DNA from: Aplysia californica
Lineage: Eukaryota
Assembly: GCF_000002075.1 (NCBI RefSeq)
Contig: NW_004797276.1
Span: 202,621 to 266,620 of the forward strand
Direction: 5' to 3'
Length of the DNA: 64,000 nt
The notes under the pieces are model-generated. The model was not told where the DNA came from, ran no database searches, and saw only the letters and a program-made list of their open reading frames with translations. The position numbers and the translations under genes are program-made. Position 1 is the stretch's first letter. Every line of letters begins with the position of its first letter. Below are positions 40,101 through 51,283 of this stretch, one piece after another.

Positions 40101-43100
40101 ACACATGTGTATATTATGACTGTTATTATTTTATTGTGTCAATGTGCTTCTCTTTACTCAAACTCAAACGGAGTACAGCAGTGCTAGTCAACTAGGCAGT
40201 ATTGCCCACTAGTGAGTGATTTTAGTTGGCAATGGGGATCACGCGGGTAGTGACAGGTATTATGCAATGCCCTGCTTGCGTGTACATGTGTATGTGGGAG
40301 GTACAAAAATGTTAGCCTCTAAAATGTGACCAAAGTGTGCATGACGGTATAAAGTTGACAAGCGGTGAACTAGGGTAATCGTATTTTACATTCATATTTG
40401 AGAAAGCTATTAAGGAAAAAAAGCTGGGTAGTTTTGACATAGTGATAGATTATGCCACACTGGAAAAATATGATTGAGAGAAACAGATGTCAGAAAATAG
40501 CCGTTGACATGAAATGAACACAAAATGTCTTTGAAGTTTTGTAATGGCTGGATGCTTATGGCCCATTTTTGTGGTTGGTTGGCAGGTGCTCTGGTGTGGT
40601 TTGCTTCTTCTTTCCTATCAAACATCTATTGTCTTTATCTCCCCTCCTTTTTTGTGTTTGTTACTCTCTTGTAACATCTCTAACCTTCGGTGCTTTTATG
40701 ACCTTATTGTGTTGCAAGTGCTGCAAAACTCTTACTAAAACTAAACTGACCCATTTTGCTTCCGTCACAAGACTGGCTTTAATGTTAGTTTTAACAAAAT
40801 CTTCTCTTCTCAACAGTAGCATTTTGTAATTTTATGCGTATTTTCACAGGTTCTAGTTTTTCTTGACAGTCACATAGAAGCTGGATATTCCTGGCTTGAA
40901 CCTCTTCTGGACAGAATCGCATCGGACAGAAGATCAGTGATGGTCCCAGTCGTGGACACTGTAGAGCCAGAGACGTTTGTGTATCGAGGGGCAAATCTAG
41001 TGAGAGGAGGCTTCACCTGGTCTTTGCTACACAACTGGGAGGCTCTGCCTTTAGAAGTTGAGAAAGTTGTGAAGGAGACAGCAGACCCATTTATGTGTGT
41101 ACTTCTAAAAGTTGTATCTAGGATTGTTTTAAGGATTTATACAACAGAATAATTAAACCTATTTTTCATTTTCAGAGGGAAAGACCCCTTGATGTGAAGA
41201 AGTTATCATTAGAATTTTTCTGCTTCTTGGTTTTGAATGTTAGTCTGCTTTATCAATGCATTCAGGTTTCCAGATGTTTATGAAAAGGTTTCTATAAAAA
41301 TGTATTTTCAGAAGTTAGGTCTTTTTCGAGACTCATAGACTGGAATATACAATCCAACCTGCCATGACGGCCACCTTTATAAGACGAAAACCTGGACAAA
41401 GGCCCACTTTCCATTTCCCCCCTTTCGTTTAAAAACAATAATTTAACTCTGTAAAACGGGCACCTATTCAATGCAGCCGTGGCCACCCTATTTTATCAAC
41501 CCACAGCCAAATCTACCTGTCTAAGACGGCCAGACTTTGTCAAAAATTGTGCATTTTCCCCTGACGTTGTGGACAAGCCATCATAATCCATTCACCTGTC
41601 GTTATTGTCAGTCCCTCCAGTGGATGTTGCTTAGGTCACTTCCAATGGTTACCCAAGTAGACCAGTGGGTAACGATAAATTTTCAGTTGCTTGTCAGGGA
41701 AGCATGTGATCCGTCATAACCCATAAGGCCCGCCCACAACTCAGTCATAAGCCCAGTCCAAAACAAAAGAAGTGAACACAAACTGGCGACAGAAGTGTTG
41801 CTCGTTCGCTGAGTGGTGGCGACCCATTTATTTGGTTTACTATGACACTTGGCCTTCCTCGTCTGAAACATTTCTTTTTTTTTTTTTGCTTTTTTTTTTT
41901 AACCTTTCCCGGAACCATAATTTAAAAATGAAAATAAAACTAACAAACAAAAAGTCCTACGTCCCACAAAAACTGTCCTATCCTCTCCCCCCCTTTCAAA
42001 AGAAATAAAACAGCAACAACAACAACACATTTTAATCAGCCCTAGGGCAGTCCTAAGCCTGCAACCACCTCCAATTGGGACCTCAGAAGTAAATGTTTTA
42101 TTTTTTTCATTTTGATTAGTCCTGCCTAAGACGGCCACCTGTCTTCTATGGCCACTTTTCCCCACGACTATGGGTGGCCGTCTTACACAGGTTCGACTGT
42201 AATTCCTTTTGTGTCTGGCCTCTTAACTCTTTGAACCCCATCGGACGCTGGGAGCGTCCAGCGGTAATAACCCTGGGAGTGTCCAGTACTAGTGACAACT
42301 GTTTCGTTTTATTTAGTACCAGTTTTTGCTTGTTTTTCAAAACTATTTCTGAATCAAGTTTTTTAATAATGACTAAGCCTTTGTTTCCGCTATTTAGAAG
42401 TTGGAGGCAAGCTTTTGGGATTATAATGAGACATAATGCACTAGGTTTAGGTGACTGTATTAAAAAACTCTGGGAAACGGTAGAAAAAACTCAGGGCTTA
42501 AAGAGTTAATCCATATATATCAGCTTAAGATAAGATATTCTTTGTTGATCCTCTATTTGTAATTAATGAAGGTTTGAAAGATTTGTGTAACTCAAATAAA
42601 TTGCTCTTCTCCAAGAGGCAATGGAGCATTTTTAAGAGGAAGTTAAGAAAAAAAATGTTGGAGGTGAAGAAGGAGGAAGGAGTCAAGAAGCAGAAGAATG
42701 GAGAATGAAGGCTTGAAATCATTTCAACAAAGTTCACACAAACATTTCTTGTCCACAGAACTCCAACTATGCCTGGTGGACTGTTTGCCATGGATCGTAA
42801 ATATTTTTATGAGCTTGGAGAATATGATTCTGGTATGGACATCTGGGGAGGAGAAAATGTAGAAATATCTTTCAGAGTAAGTGCCTATGCTCCTAAGAAA
42901 AAGAAATAATCTGTGTCCTTTTTCTGATTAACCCCTTCAATGACATATTGATGTACCCGATACGTCATCAGATTGCTCAACTTTCCAGACCTTAATATTT
43001 CAGGGCATGCAACATGTGTTTGTATCGAAAGGTTCAGAGAGAGAGTAATGGTTTAGAGTATGGGACACAGTTGAGCAGTAATGTTTGTGCCTCTCATATG

Positions 43101-46100
43101 AAACAGGTTCTGTGCTATTTTTTGAGCTAAAGATGCATGTATGGTACCACTTTAAGATAATCTGTATTATCTCTGTTTCCTTTTTTTCCCTTGTCCCTCA
43201 TCTTCCATGGTCAATGTTTTTGTTACATGACTCCGCTGTTTTTTACTGGCGGACATTTTAAAGACACCAGTAAGTTGAGTTTCACATTCTTGAAATAGAA
43301 GGCTTTTGAAAAAAATAATGAAAGAAACGGTAGAGTATAGTACGGTGGAGCACCACCACTGTAAATTTTGATGTTTTGTCAAAGTTTGCCTTTTTTCTTT
43401 AAGATATGGATGTGTGGCGGTAAGATGGAGATTGCCCCATGCTCCAGAGTTGGCCATGTGTTCCGCCACTTTCGTCCGTACAGCTCCCCCAAGGGGGTGG
43501 ACACTTCTGTGCGCAATTCCGCCCGAGTTGCTGAAGTATGGCTGGATGAATATAAGGTATGAATCAACAAGAGATACTAGTCATATGTTGCTTTGGTTTT
43601 TAGAAATAGTTTTGCAGTTTTTAGGTTACCATAGTTTTATCTTTATCACAGAACATTTTTAGGCAGAGCATGTCCTAAGACCTGTAACAGAGGTGTTGAT
43701 TTTCTGGATAAATCAGGAAACCCTGATTTCTATGATTATCAGAATTTTTAATGTATTCTTGCTTATCATCATCATCAGAAAGTTCCAGGTCTGAAACAGA
43801 CATTGGCGATCATGGTTCAGCATTCATTTCTTTGCTCGGATGCTGTAAAAAATGCTGGTCAAAGCTCTAGTTATTCCTCGTCCCTGAAAGAATGTTATAA
43901 ATATAATGAAAAAACTGGTCATCCTGTGGGCTCAGTGACATGTCTTGTATTTCTCTGTTACTGATTGCTTTATAACCAAAGAAATTGTAGCTGTGTAGGC
44001 TATTATGATGAGTGGCAACATGGTGAGATATTTTTTCATAAATATATTTAGATTTTGAACAATGTTCACTGTTTTCTGTTACTAAAGTCGTGAAATTTCA
44101 AGCTTTGTATTTTGTAGTTGAAAAATGTTTTGGAAATTGCTGATCATCAGTTTGACATTTGTTTAGGAGGATACTTGGGTTCCTTCAGCAAATTATATTC
44201 TCTCTATATTATGGCCATTTTAACTGTGTAGCTGTGATATTTTCAGTAATGATTAATGACAGATGAACAAAACTGTTCTTAGTTGATATGGGTAAGAAGA
44301 GTAAAATGGGCAGATGTAGTTCAAATGCGGAAACCTCATAGGGTCATAATGACATGCCTTCCTCAATGTAATTTTGTTCATTCTGGTTTTTTTCAGAAAC
44401 ATTTCTATGATATTCGACAAACAGCTAAAACTATGGACTATGGGGATGTCAGTGACCGTGTGGAACTTAGGAAAAGGTTGAAGTGTAAATCTTTCAAGTG
44501 GTTTTTGGAAAATGTCCACCCCGAACAGGTTTTTACATTTAATATCTCTTTGTAGAACTTGATTTATTTCTTTATGGTTTCCTTTAACTGTGTAGATAAC
44601 TTTCTATGCAGATGCAGGTGATAAATACTGGAAATTTTGTTTGACTCACTTGCTGTTCTTGTGTGTATAGAACTTTTGATTTGTTTTAAAATGTTTATTT
44701 TGGGGAGTATTGCGTAAACAGGATGCAGGGGAAAAGAAAAAGACACAAGTCGGCGAGAGATACAAGAATCTCTTAAAATTTATATCAAATAAGAGCTATA
44801 AGTAATAAAGCTGACCTAAAAAGTAAATATTTTTTCGTGCCATATTTGAAGTATTTTTTTTTCTCAACTTTTCATTAGTGCTGAAAATGTGTACAGGGTA
44901 TTTATTATTGCTCTTTATTTTACTAATATATATAATTTTTGACAGCTTGTTCCAGGTGAAGAGCCTAAAGTGAGTGATGCGGTCTACAGGAGACAGGCAG
45001 AAAAGAAAACTCGTGTTGTCACTGAAGGATTCGTGAGTTGACCTGTAGTTTACTCACTGTCACCAATATCCATAAATTTGCTTTCAGTAGCAGCGTTAAG
45101 ATGAAATATATAATATTGTGCTTTTTATCTTTAATTTTCTTTGTGTTGCTGTTGAACAAACAAAACTTTTTTTTTTTTTTCATATTTAGACAGGTTTTTG
45201 TTTTAATTCTGAATACACAGCTATAGCTTTGAAAATGAGACTGAAGTCTGTAGTCTTGTATCAACGATGGCTTTAAAAAAAAATTAAGTGAAATTTTTGT
45301 CTATGTTCTCATGGGCTAATTAGTTTATTCAAAATTTCTTATTTTTTCTTTTTCTTGTAGGTGAAATACATTCCCAAAAAAATGTGTGCCATTCCAAAGT
45401 CAGGAACTCCCGCCAAAGGAGATGCTCTTTTTCTTGAAAAATGTAAAAATCTGAAATCAAAGGCAGGGGTAAGTATGAGTTGCATGCAAAAAAATTATTG
45501 GGGATTGTTTTGCATTTTTCACCATTTCTTTTCCCAGACGTTAAAAGAACCTTGAGCAGCATTTTTCAAATAATTTTGTTATGGCTTAAGGCAATATTTC
45601 AGGTTATTGAACACATATTTGATGTTTAACCCTATCCGTACGTTGTGTTTTACTGTCATATCCATACGATGTGGGGAACTCTGTGCCACCACTTTCCAAA
45701 GAGGAAATTTACTCGTTTATCCGATCCGTACACTTCGCATAGCAGTCTGTCTAAATGATCTTTTGAGAAATACTGAAAGTTTCAAAGAGATCTTCATACT
45801 TGAAGTATTCTAAAACACGAAGAATACAACCCTGGGGGTACAAAATGACCCCAGTGCATACGGATAGGGTTAATTGAATGTATATATTTTGTATAGTTCC
45901 TTCCCAGTGCCCCGGTACACTTACTTACTTTACTTTTATTTTTATCCGCCGCTTATACCCTTTTGGGTGTCGCAGAAAGAAACTAACGTCTCTCTGTCGC
46001 CAGCCGGAGAGCTTGGGCCAGGGGTATGCCATGAGTTGTTAGTGTTTCCCTGACTCCATCTATCCAGGTCTGTCTCGGTTGCCCTCTAGCCTTGTTGCCA

Positions 46101-49100
46101 TTGATTTTTTTTATGTAGGCACGTTGTGCTGGATAGTGTATTGGTAATCGCATGAGATTTCCAAATCATTTGATTCTTTGGTGTTGGATGTGATGCCAGA
46201 CATCATTTGTGCCCACCATTTCTCTGACTACTGGGTTTCTAATTTTGTCTCGCCTGGTCTTGTTTACTACTTGTTGTAATTCTTTGCTCCAATGTCTTGT
46301 TCAGGGTCCATGTTTGGCATTGATAGATGAGTGGTGGGATGAATATAGTGTTGATCTTTTTGAGTTTTGTTGTCATGGGGATGTTAGGATGTTTCAGTAT
46401 TGGAGCATGCTGGTAACTAAAATTATTGACATTTTGTACTCATTTTTCAATTTCTCTGTTCAGTCGCCCATCCTCTGTGAGTACACTTCCGAGGTACATA
46501 ATTCTTGGACCTGTCTGAGACTGTTGTTGTTGATGTGTATCCTGAGTGTCCTGGATTTCTGCTTACTTTAATTGTCTCTGTTTTGTTGTTGTTGATCTTC
46601 ATGTCATAGTTGTTACATTCTTCGTTTAAATTCTGGTGGTGTGGTGTTGGAGACTTTGTTCATCTTTGTGTGCCAGGGTTTGGTCATCAGCGAATAGTAA
46701 TTCATTTTGGGCATCTGGTTCTGTGTTGGTCTCTTTTGTAATTCTATCCATATATATATTAAATAGTAGTGGTGATAGGACACAACCTTGTCTTACTCTG
46801 GATGTTATCTCGAACCATTTTGTCAATCCCTCTGACGTTCTTACTGTTTTTATGCTGTTCTCGTAGAGGGCACAGATGTTATGTGGCATCGGTGGCCTAG
46901 TGGTTAGGCTCTCGGACTCGCAACTGTAAGGTCGTGGGTTCGAATCCCGTCAGGGACCCGACGTTGTGTCCTTGGGAAAGGCACTTTACACAAATTTTCC
47001 TCACTTCACCCAGGTGGGAATGGGTACCCAGCTATAGACAGCGAAAGATCTTGTCAGTTTGTTAGTGTTTAAGCGCTTAATCAGCTGCTTGCACTGTATG
47101 CTTCCCGGGAAGCTGAAAATGTTTCAGAGTGTTCTATGGTCTGCTGGGGTAATAATATAGTGTAAAGCGCATAGAGCCTGCTGTTGAGCGGGGATAAGCG
47201 CTATACAAATGCTATCTATTATTATTATTATTATTATTTAGAAGTTGGCCTCTTTCAGTTTAGTTTTCGAGTTCTTTCTACAATTTGTTTCTGTTCTCTC
47301 TGTCGAACGCTTTCTCCTGGTCGACAAAGGTACACAAAAACAAAAAAATTCTTTGTATGTACCAGTTTCAGTAATCACTTTATTCTTTTACCTTTCTTGT
47401 TTTTTGTTTTTTTTTGTTTGTTGGGGGGGGGGGGGGGGGGGGGTTGCATGGTATAGGATGCCTTTCTGAAAATTTTTATATCTGAGTAAATGCTCTTGAA
47501 TTTTTGGGTCGCATAACTTTTGGGGGCGGGGAGGGGGGGGGGTCTTCTTTTTATGCACAATATCGTTGATAGTCTTGTTGCAACAATCTACCTTTGACAG
47601 TCGTTTTCAATCATAGTAGTGAATTTCAGTTCTATGATATATGAAGAACATATTTTGCAAATTTTCCTCTAGGTATACATTCTCTCAGATGATCACTCTA
47701 TCAAGTTAAGTGGAACCAGACTGTGTTTGGAAACTACAGAGAAAAAGGGCATTCCCGTTGTACAACTCATGAAATGCCATACAAGTGGAGGGTCGCAAGT
47801 CTGGCTGTTACAGGACTATGTAAGCAATTCAGATAAGAAATGTCACTTCTATGACAAAAGTAAAGATTATAATCATTAGCGATGGATAATTTTAGTGCAT
47901 TTGAGTTCTGATATATTTAGCTTTAATGGCTTTGTGTCCAAAAACTTAGCAAATTTTTAAAGAGTAATTAAGGGTTAAAGTTTAGAACTTACTTGCTTTT
48001 CGAGATTCTATATGGTTGGAGGAGAAAAACATCTTCATAAAAATGTAAACTTGAGAAAGCCAAAAAATGGACAATGAATTTGGAAGTTGATTTTCTTAAT
48101 AGTTTGTTTCTGTGCAAATTTGAAAAACAAATGTATTAATTGGCATCTTAAAACAAGTGCCTGCTTGTATTGTCATTGTCAGCCTCTGCAGAATCTCTCA
48201 TCTTAAATTATTTTTCATCCTTAACAAACAGAAGAAAAGGTGAATAAAATGGTGTTTTGTGTTTTTTTTTAACTCATTATTGTGTCGGCATTGTTATGTA
48301 CAAGACAAGAGGCATTACTTTTAGTAAGTTTAGCTTCTTTGTAAATTGAGATATTGTCTTTCTAATTTTCAATTAGAGAGGAGTCGAGGTACCATTGTTA
48401 GGAGTTCTCAAGTTCACATTTTTCAGGAATTTGAACATTTGGTAAGATACACATGTTTAAAGTTTGGCACGTACATAACAAGGATGGCACACAAAAAAGA
48501 GCCACTATGTATTTGTCTCAAAAGCATTGTGTGGGTAAAATAATGGGATTCCACTTATGATCAAAACGTAAGCAAGGATTGTCTCTTTTGGTTGTCTGAT
48601 TTGGACGTTTTCATAAAAACTATGAATTAACACATGATTTTTGTACATCATGAAGTCATGACATTGGAAGACTTAAAACATACTGGTGGATTCACCACAG
48701 CTGCTATGCAATCCTGTGCTTTGGCACATACCTATTCCCGGTATAGAATTATCTGGCATTTTTATGGGTTAATTTGCCAGCTTCTTCAATTTAGAATGAA
48801 ATAAATTAATGTTTAACTCTTTTTATCCTAGCCGTACCCCCAGGGACTCTGTACTCGTCCTGGGGCCACCACACCGTTTGAGTTCGAAGTCAGTGTGTAT
48901 ATTTCAAAGTGCTATATTTCTTACATTTACTTTTAGGTTTTAAGGAAATTTGGCGGTTATGTTAGAAATTGAATGTAGTTTTTGTAAATGTATAGGAACT
49001 ACACCAATTGCACAATATAGATTTTCAGATGTATTCCACCCTCCAACTTGACCCTGATTGCCGTGCCTACGACGTCCCTTTGGATTTTATAGATCTAGCC

Positions 49101-50084
49101 CTACCCCTCGATACAGCACGAATTCCAGTACTGACCCCTTCACATTGATCTTAATCGCTATTAGATGAGTCTAAATGCTGTTCGTTATCATCCACGGAGT
49201 TTACAGCACTTGTTTCTAAGTCACTTTCATCAAATTAGTATCATTCCCCCTCTCAACCTAGCGCCACTTCAAAAAGTACTTCGTCGGTCGTGAATGTGCG
49301 TTTTCGAGACATCATTCAAGCTTCTACACCCATCAAAAACAAAGAAACCGCTATCATTGGAAAATTTAAATATTTAGACAGAGCTAGCATTGCCGTATTT
49401 GCGTATTTTGGTAATTACAAGCTTAACTAGCTTCTTTGAGGTGAACATATAACTGTTGCGAGTATACTCATAGCCCGGAAAAAAAGAATTAAGTATATAA
49501 AGTAAATGATTATTTAAAGAATGTGTAGGGGCCTACAGAAATCAATCAACTTTGAGGCCACCTAGGCAAAGGCAAGCTTAAATTTTCACAAAACTAAGTT
49601 CAGCTAGTAACAATTTAATGCACTCTGAATGTCCCTAAAGGAAAGTGTGAATTAAAAGTTGGATTTATATGAATCAGTTTAATGTTTATGTCAGTATGCA
49701 TTGGATGATCGTCCATTAGAATTTAAAAAGAACTAATATTTGGGACAATATGGCTCAAATACAAAGTGTGATGTCTGTCAAATCCTAAACAATAGCTCAT
49801 GGTGCTTTAATACGCATATCTCCTTATATAATATAAGTGACAGGATCAAGGATTGTTGACAACTGTCATTTTGCCACAGGCTTTATTTTGTAGTGTAATA
49901 TTTTCCCCATGTTTAAACAAATGCTCATATAAATATTTAAAAATCACTCTTACAGCCCCAGGAACAAGTACTCTTCAATCCTGCCAGTGGAATGTGCTTA
50001 GCCTCAGGTGAACGGTCAGCGCTTGCCATGGACTACTGCCACAGTGATAAAGCACGTGGATTTGTTTTGACTGCTGAGAAGTAA
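33858..50084 (+). CDS. GALNT11: Gene B: divergent GALNT11-like polypeptide N-acetylgalactosaminyltransferase paralog; 12 coding exons, 1818 nt, 605 aa
   Basis: Spliced join: 33858-34179, 35366-35447, 37405-37571, 38548-38675, 40850-41094, 42759-42876, 43404-43556, 44397-44528, 44946-45032, 45361-45468, 47673-47819, 49956-50084. GT-AG sites, matched phases, no internal stops. Motifs: [47 protein letters not shown] (cf. GALNT11 LMKCHGSGGSQQW). Confidence 0.92.
34394..35100. mobile_element. Mutator-like MITE with 9-bp TSD
   Basis: ~90-bp TIR; atgtagtaa duplicated at 34385-34393 and 35101-35109. Confidence 0.88.
35366..35447 (+). CDS. GALNT11: Gene B coding exon 2
   Basis: [26 protein letters not shown]; 82 nt, as in gene A exon 3. 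Confidence 0.92.
36163..36809. mobile_element. MITE with ~30-bp TIR
   Basis: agtgaacttgtcacacggtgaagtcgtcac .. gtgacgacttcaccgtgtgacgagttcact. Confidence 0.78.
37405..37571 (+). CDS. GALNT11: Gene B coding exon 3
   Basis: [33 protein letters not shown]...[11 protein letters not shown]; 167 nt. Confidence 0.95.
38548..38675 (+). CDS. GALNT11: Gene B coding exon 4
   Basis: [42 protein letters not shown]. Confidence 0.94.
38810..39063. mobile_element. ~185-bp retroposon family: head-to-head pair (38810-38878 minus, 38889-39063 plus)
   Basis: Both carry the stem-loop and the ctaaaa tail, pointing outward. Confidence 0.82.
39672..40104 (-). mobile_element. Sola1-like MITE copy 3
   Basis: Reverse-complement similarity to copies 1 and 2 along its length; a further end fragment lies at ~57050-57158. 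Confidence 0.7.
40571..40746 (+). mobile_element. ~185-bp retroposon family copy
   Basis: Flanking direct repeat cccatttt. Confidence 0.82.
40850..41094 (+). CDS. GALNT11: Gene B coding exon 5 (DXH motif)
   Basis: [20 protein letters not shown]...[13 protein letters not shown]...TADPF; 245 nt. Confidence 0.94.
41350..42199 (-). mobile_element. Same MITE family, copy 2
   Basis: Inverted homolog of 30881-31693, TA flanks. Confidence 0.86.
42227..42505. mobile_element. TTAA-flanked (piggyBac-like) MITE
   Basis: ttaa-ctcttt(g)aaccc .. gggcttaaagag-ttaa. Confidence 0.65.
42759..42876 (+). CDS. GALNT11: Gene B coding exon 6
   Basis: [39 protein letters not shown]; 118 nt. Confidence 0.95.
43404..43556 (+). 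CDS. GALNT11: Gene B coding exon 7
   Basis: [51 protein letters not shown]. Confidence 0.95.
44397..44528 (+). CDS. GALNT11: Gene B coding exon 8
   Basis: [44 protein letters not shown]; weak donor gttttt. Confidence 0.92.
44946..45032 (+). CDS. GALNT11: Gene B coding exon 9 (linker)
   Basis: [29 protein letters not shown]; gacag acceptor, gtgagt donor. Confidence 0.82.
45361..45468 (+). CDS. GALNT11: Gene B coding exon 10 (lectin alpha repeat)
   Basis: [36 protein letters not shown]; 108 nt, as in gene A exon 11. Confidence 0.87.
45630..45869. mobile_element. piggyBac-like MITE
   Basis: ttaa-ccctatccgta .. tacggataggg-ttaa. Confidence 0.82.
45921..47335 (-). mobile_element. Decayed RTE LINE interrupted by a SINE
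   Basis: [10 protein letters not shown] (47330-47300), continuing after the SINE as [29 protein letters not shown]; (aagt)n tail at ~45921. Confidence 0.88.
46885..47238 (+). mobile_element. Full-length tRNA-derived SINE with CORE-like body and L2-type tail
   Basis: A box ggtggcctagtggtt, B box ggttcgaatcc, body gtgtccttgggaaaggcacttta, tail tgtaaagcgc..gcgctatacaaat(att)n. Fragments at 7385-7445(-), 51497-51575(-) and 55768-55885(+). Confidence 0.9.
47673..47819 (+). CDS. GALNT11: Gene B coding exon 11 (lectin beta repeat)
   Basis: [49 protein letters not shown]. Confidence 0.9.
48817..49488. mobile_element. TTAA-flanked (piggyBac-like) MITE
   Basis: ttaa-ctctttttatcc .. ggaaaaaaagaa-ttaa. 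Confidence 0.55.
49956..50084 (+). CDS. GALNT11: Gene B coding exon 12 (lectin gamma repeat, stop)
   Basis: [42 protein letters not shown]; an alternative in-frame acceptor lies 6 nt downstream. Confidence 0.87.
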   Translation, partial: PQEQVLFNPASGMCLASGERSALAMDYCHSDKARGFVLTAEK

Positions 50085-50114
50085 GAATAGGTGGACTCAC
50101 AACGTATATGACCA

Positions 50115-50232
50115 CTTTCAAACATGTCGTTAATTTATCATGTTTAGATGTTTATGAACATTTTCAAACGTATCATTAATTTTTCATATGTTTAGATGTT
50201 TATGAACATTTTCAAACGTATCGTTAATTTAT
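50115..50232. repeat. ~50-bp tandem duplication in the gene B 3' UTR
   Basis: atgtttagatgtttatgaacattttcaaacgtatc occurs twice. Confidence 0.8.
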
Positions 50233-50829
50233 ATTACATTTAGTTGTTTATTTATTCTTTCATGGGTTTATTTTTTGATCTTGTATGAAATTTTAAAAAT
50301 GTGTAAATGTTAGTCTTGTGTTTGGATGTATGTTTTTTCTTTCATGTTTATTTATTTCATGTCTTTTGAGGTTATGCAAGGTCGAGGGTGGTGATATGGT
50401 AAATAAGCTTTATATTGTTTTTACACAACCTATGTTTAACTTCCAGGTTTGTTTATTATTTAACTTTTTTTTTAGATTATGCCCGTTGAGGGTGATGATA
50501 TGGTAAATAAGCTTTATAGTGTTTTTAGCTTTATAGTTTGTTTACACTTCCCACCTATTGTACACTTTCTGGGCATCTCCATTTCTGCTAATAGTTTTGC
50601 TTTATGGACTTCGCACTCGTGCACATTACTTCTGTAATCAATCTTTATGGATAGATTCTACATTAATTTACAATTAACCCCTTTGTTGCCAGGCGGTGTG
50701 CGTTCCTACTTTCAACACTGATTTCAGTTAAGCTTGTAAACCAGGACAGCTTTCTTATCAGTCTCAGTCTCAATGGACTCACTGTCTGGTTCTATCCCAC
50801 TCATGACATATTCAGACCCGAGATCTTAA

Positions 50830-51283
50830 CCCTATTACTAGCAAGTGCTGAGGAGATCGGCACTCTTCTTGCCACCGAAAAACGGTCTACACGAGCCCCG
50901 AAAATTCAGAAGCTGAACAAATGTGCTCTCATTTTAAAAAGGACCTCCTGTATTTATTAGAACTCTGTTTGAACCAGAGGAACAAAAAAGATTGTCCATT
51001 ATTCTAAAACCGCTGGCAGCCAAGGCTGTGCAAGTCAGTGAAAATGGCTTCGCCGGGTCCTCAGCAGTTTTCTATGTTTCAAGCAGATTTTAGGAAGAAA
51101 ATGTCGAAATGGTAATTTTTTCCAGCGTTTGTTATAGCTTTTTCAAAGAGCTTCCAAATACTTTTAGTCTTCTAGTCTTTGTATCTATCATATTGTACTC
51201 ATTTCTTACATCTAAAGGTGCATCCTTGTTCCTAAGACTTTCCCCTGACGACAAGTGCAACTTTACCAGTGACAGTAATTGGG
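50830..51283 (-). mobile_element. piggyBac-like MITE, copy 2
   Basis: TTAA at both ends; ccctattact..agtaattggg termini. Confidence 0.8.

Noticed and set aside
40865-40880. DSHIE (loss of Cys) as evidence that gene B is a pseudogene
   Set aside because: DxH(I/V)E occurs in other GT27 members, and the ORF and splice sites are intact
46885-46955. tRNA gene (Ala-like)
   Set aside because: It has A and B boxes but no proper acceptor stem, and it runs into a SINE body and tail, so it is a SINE head
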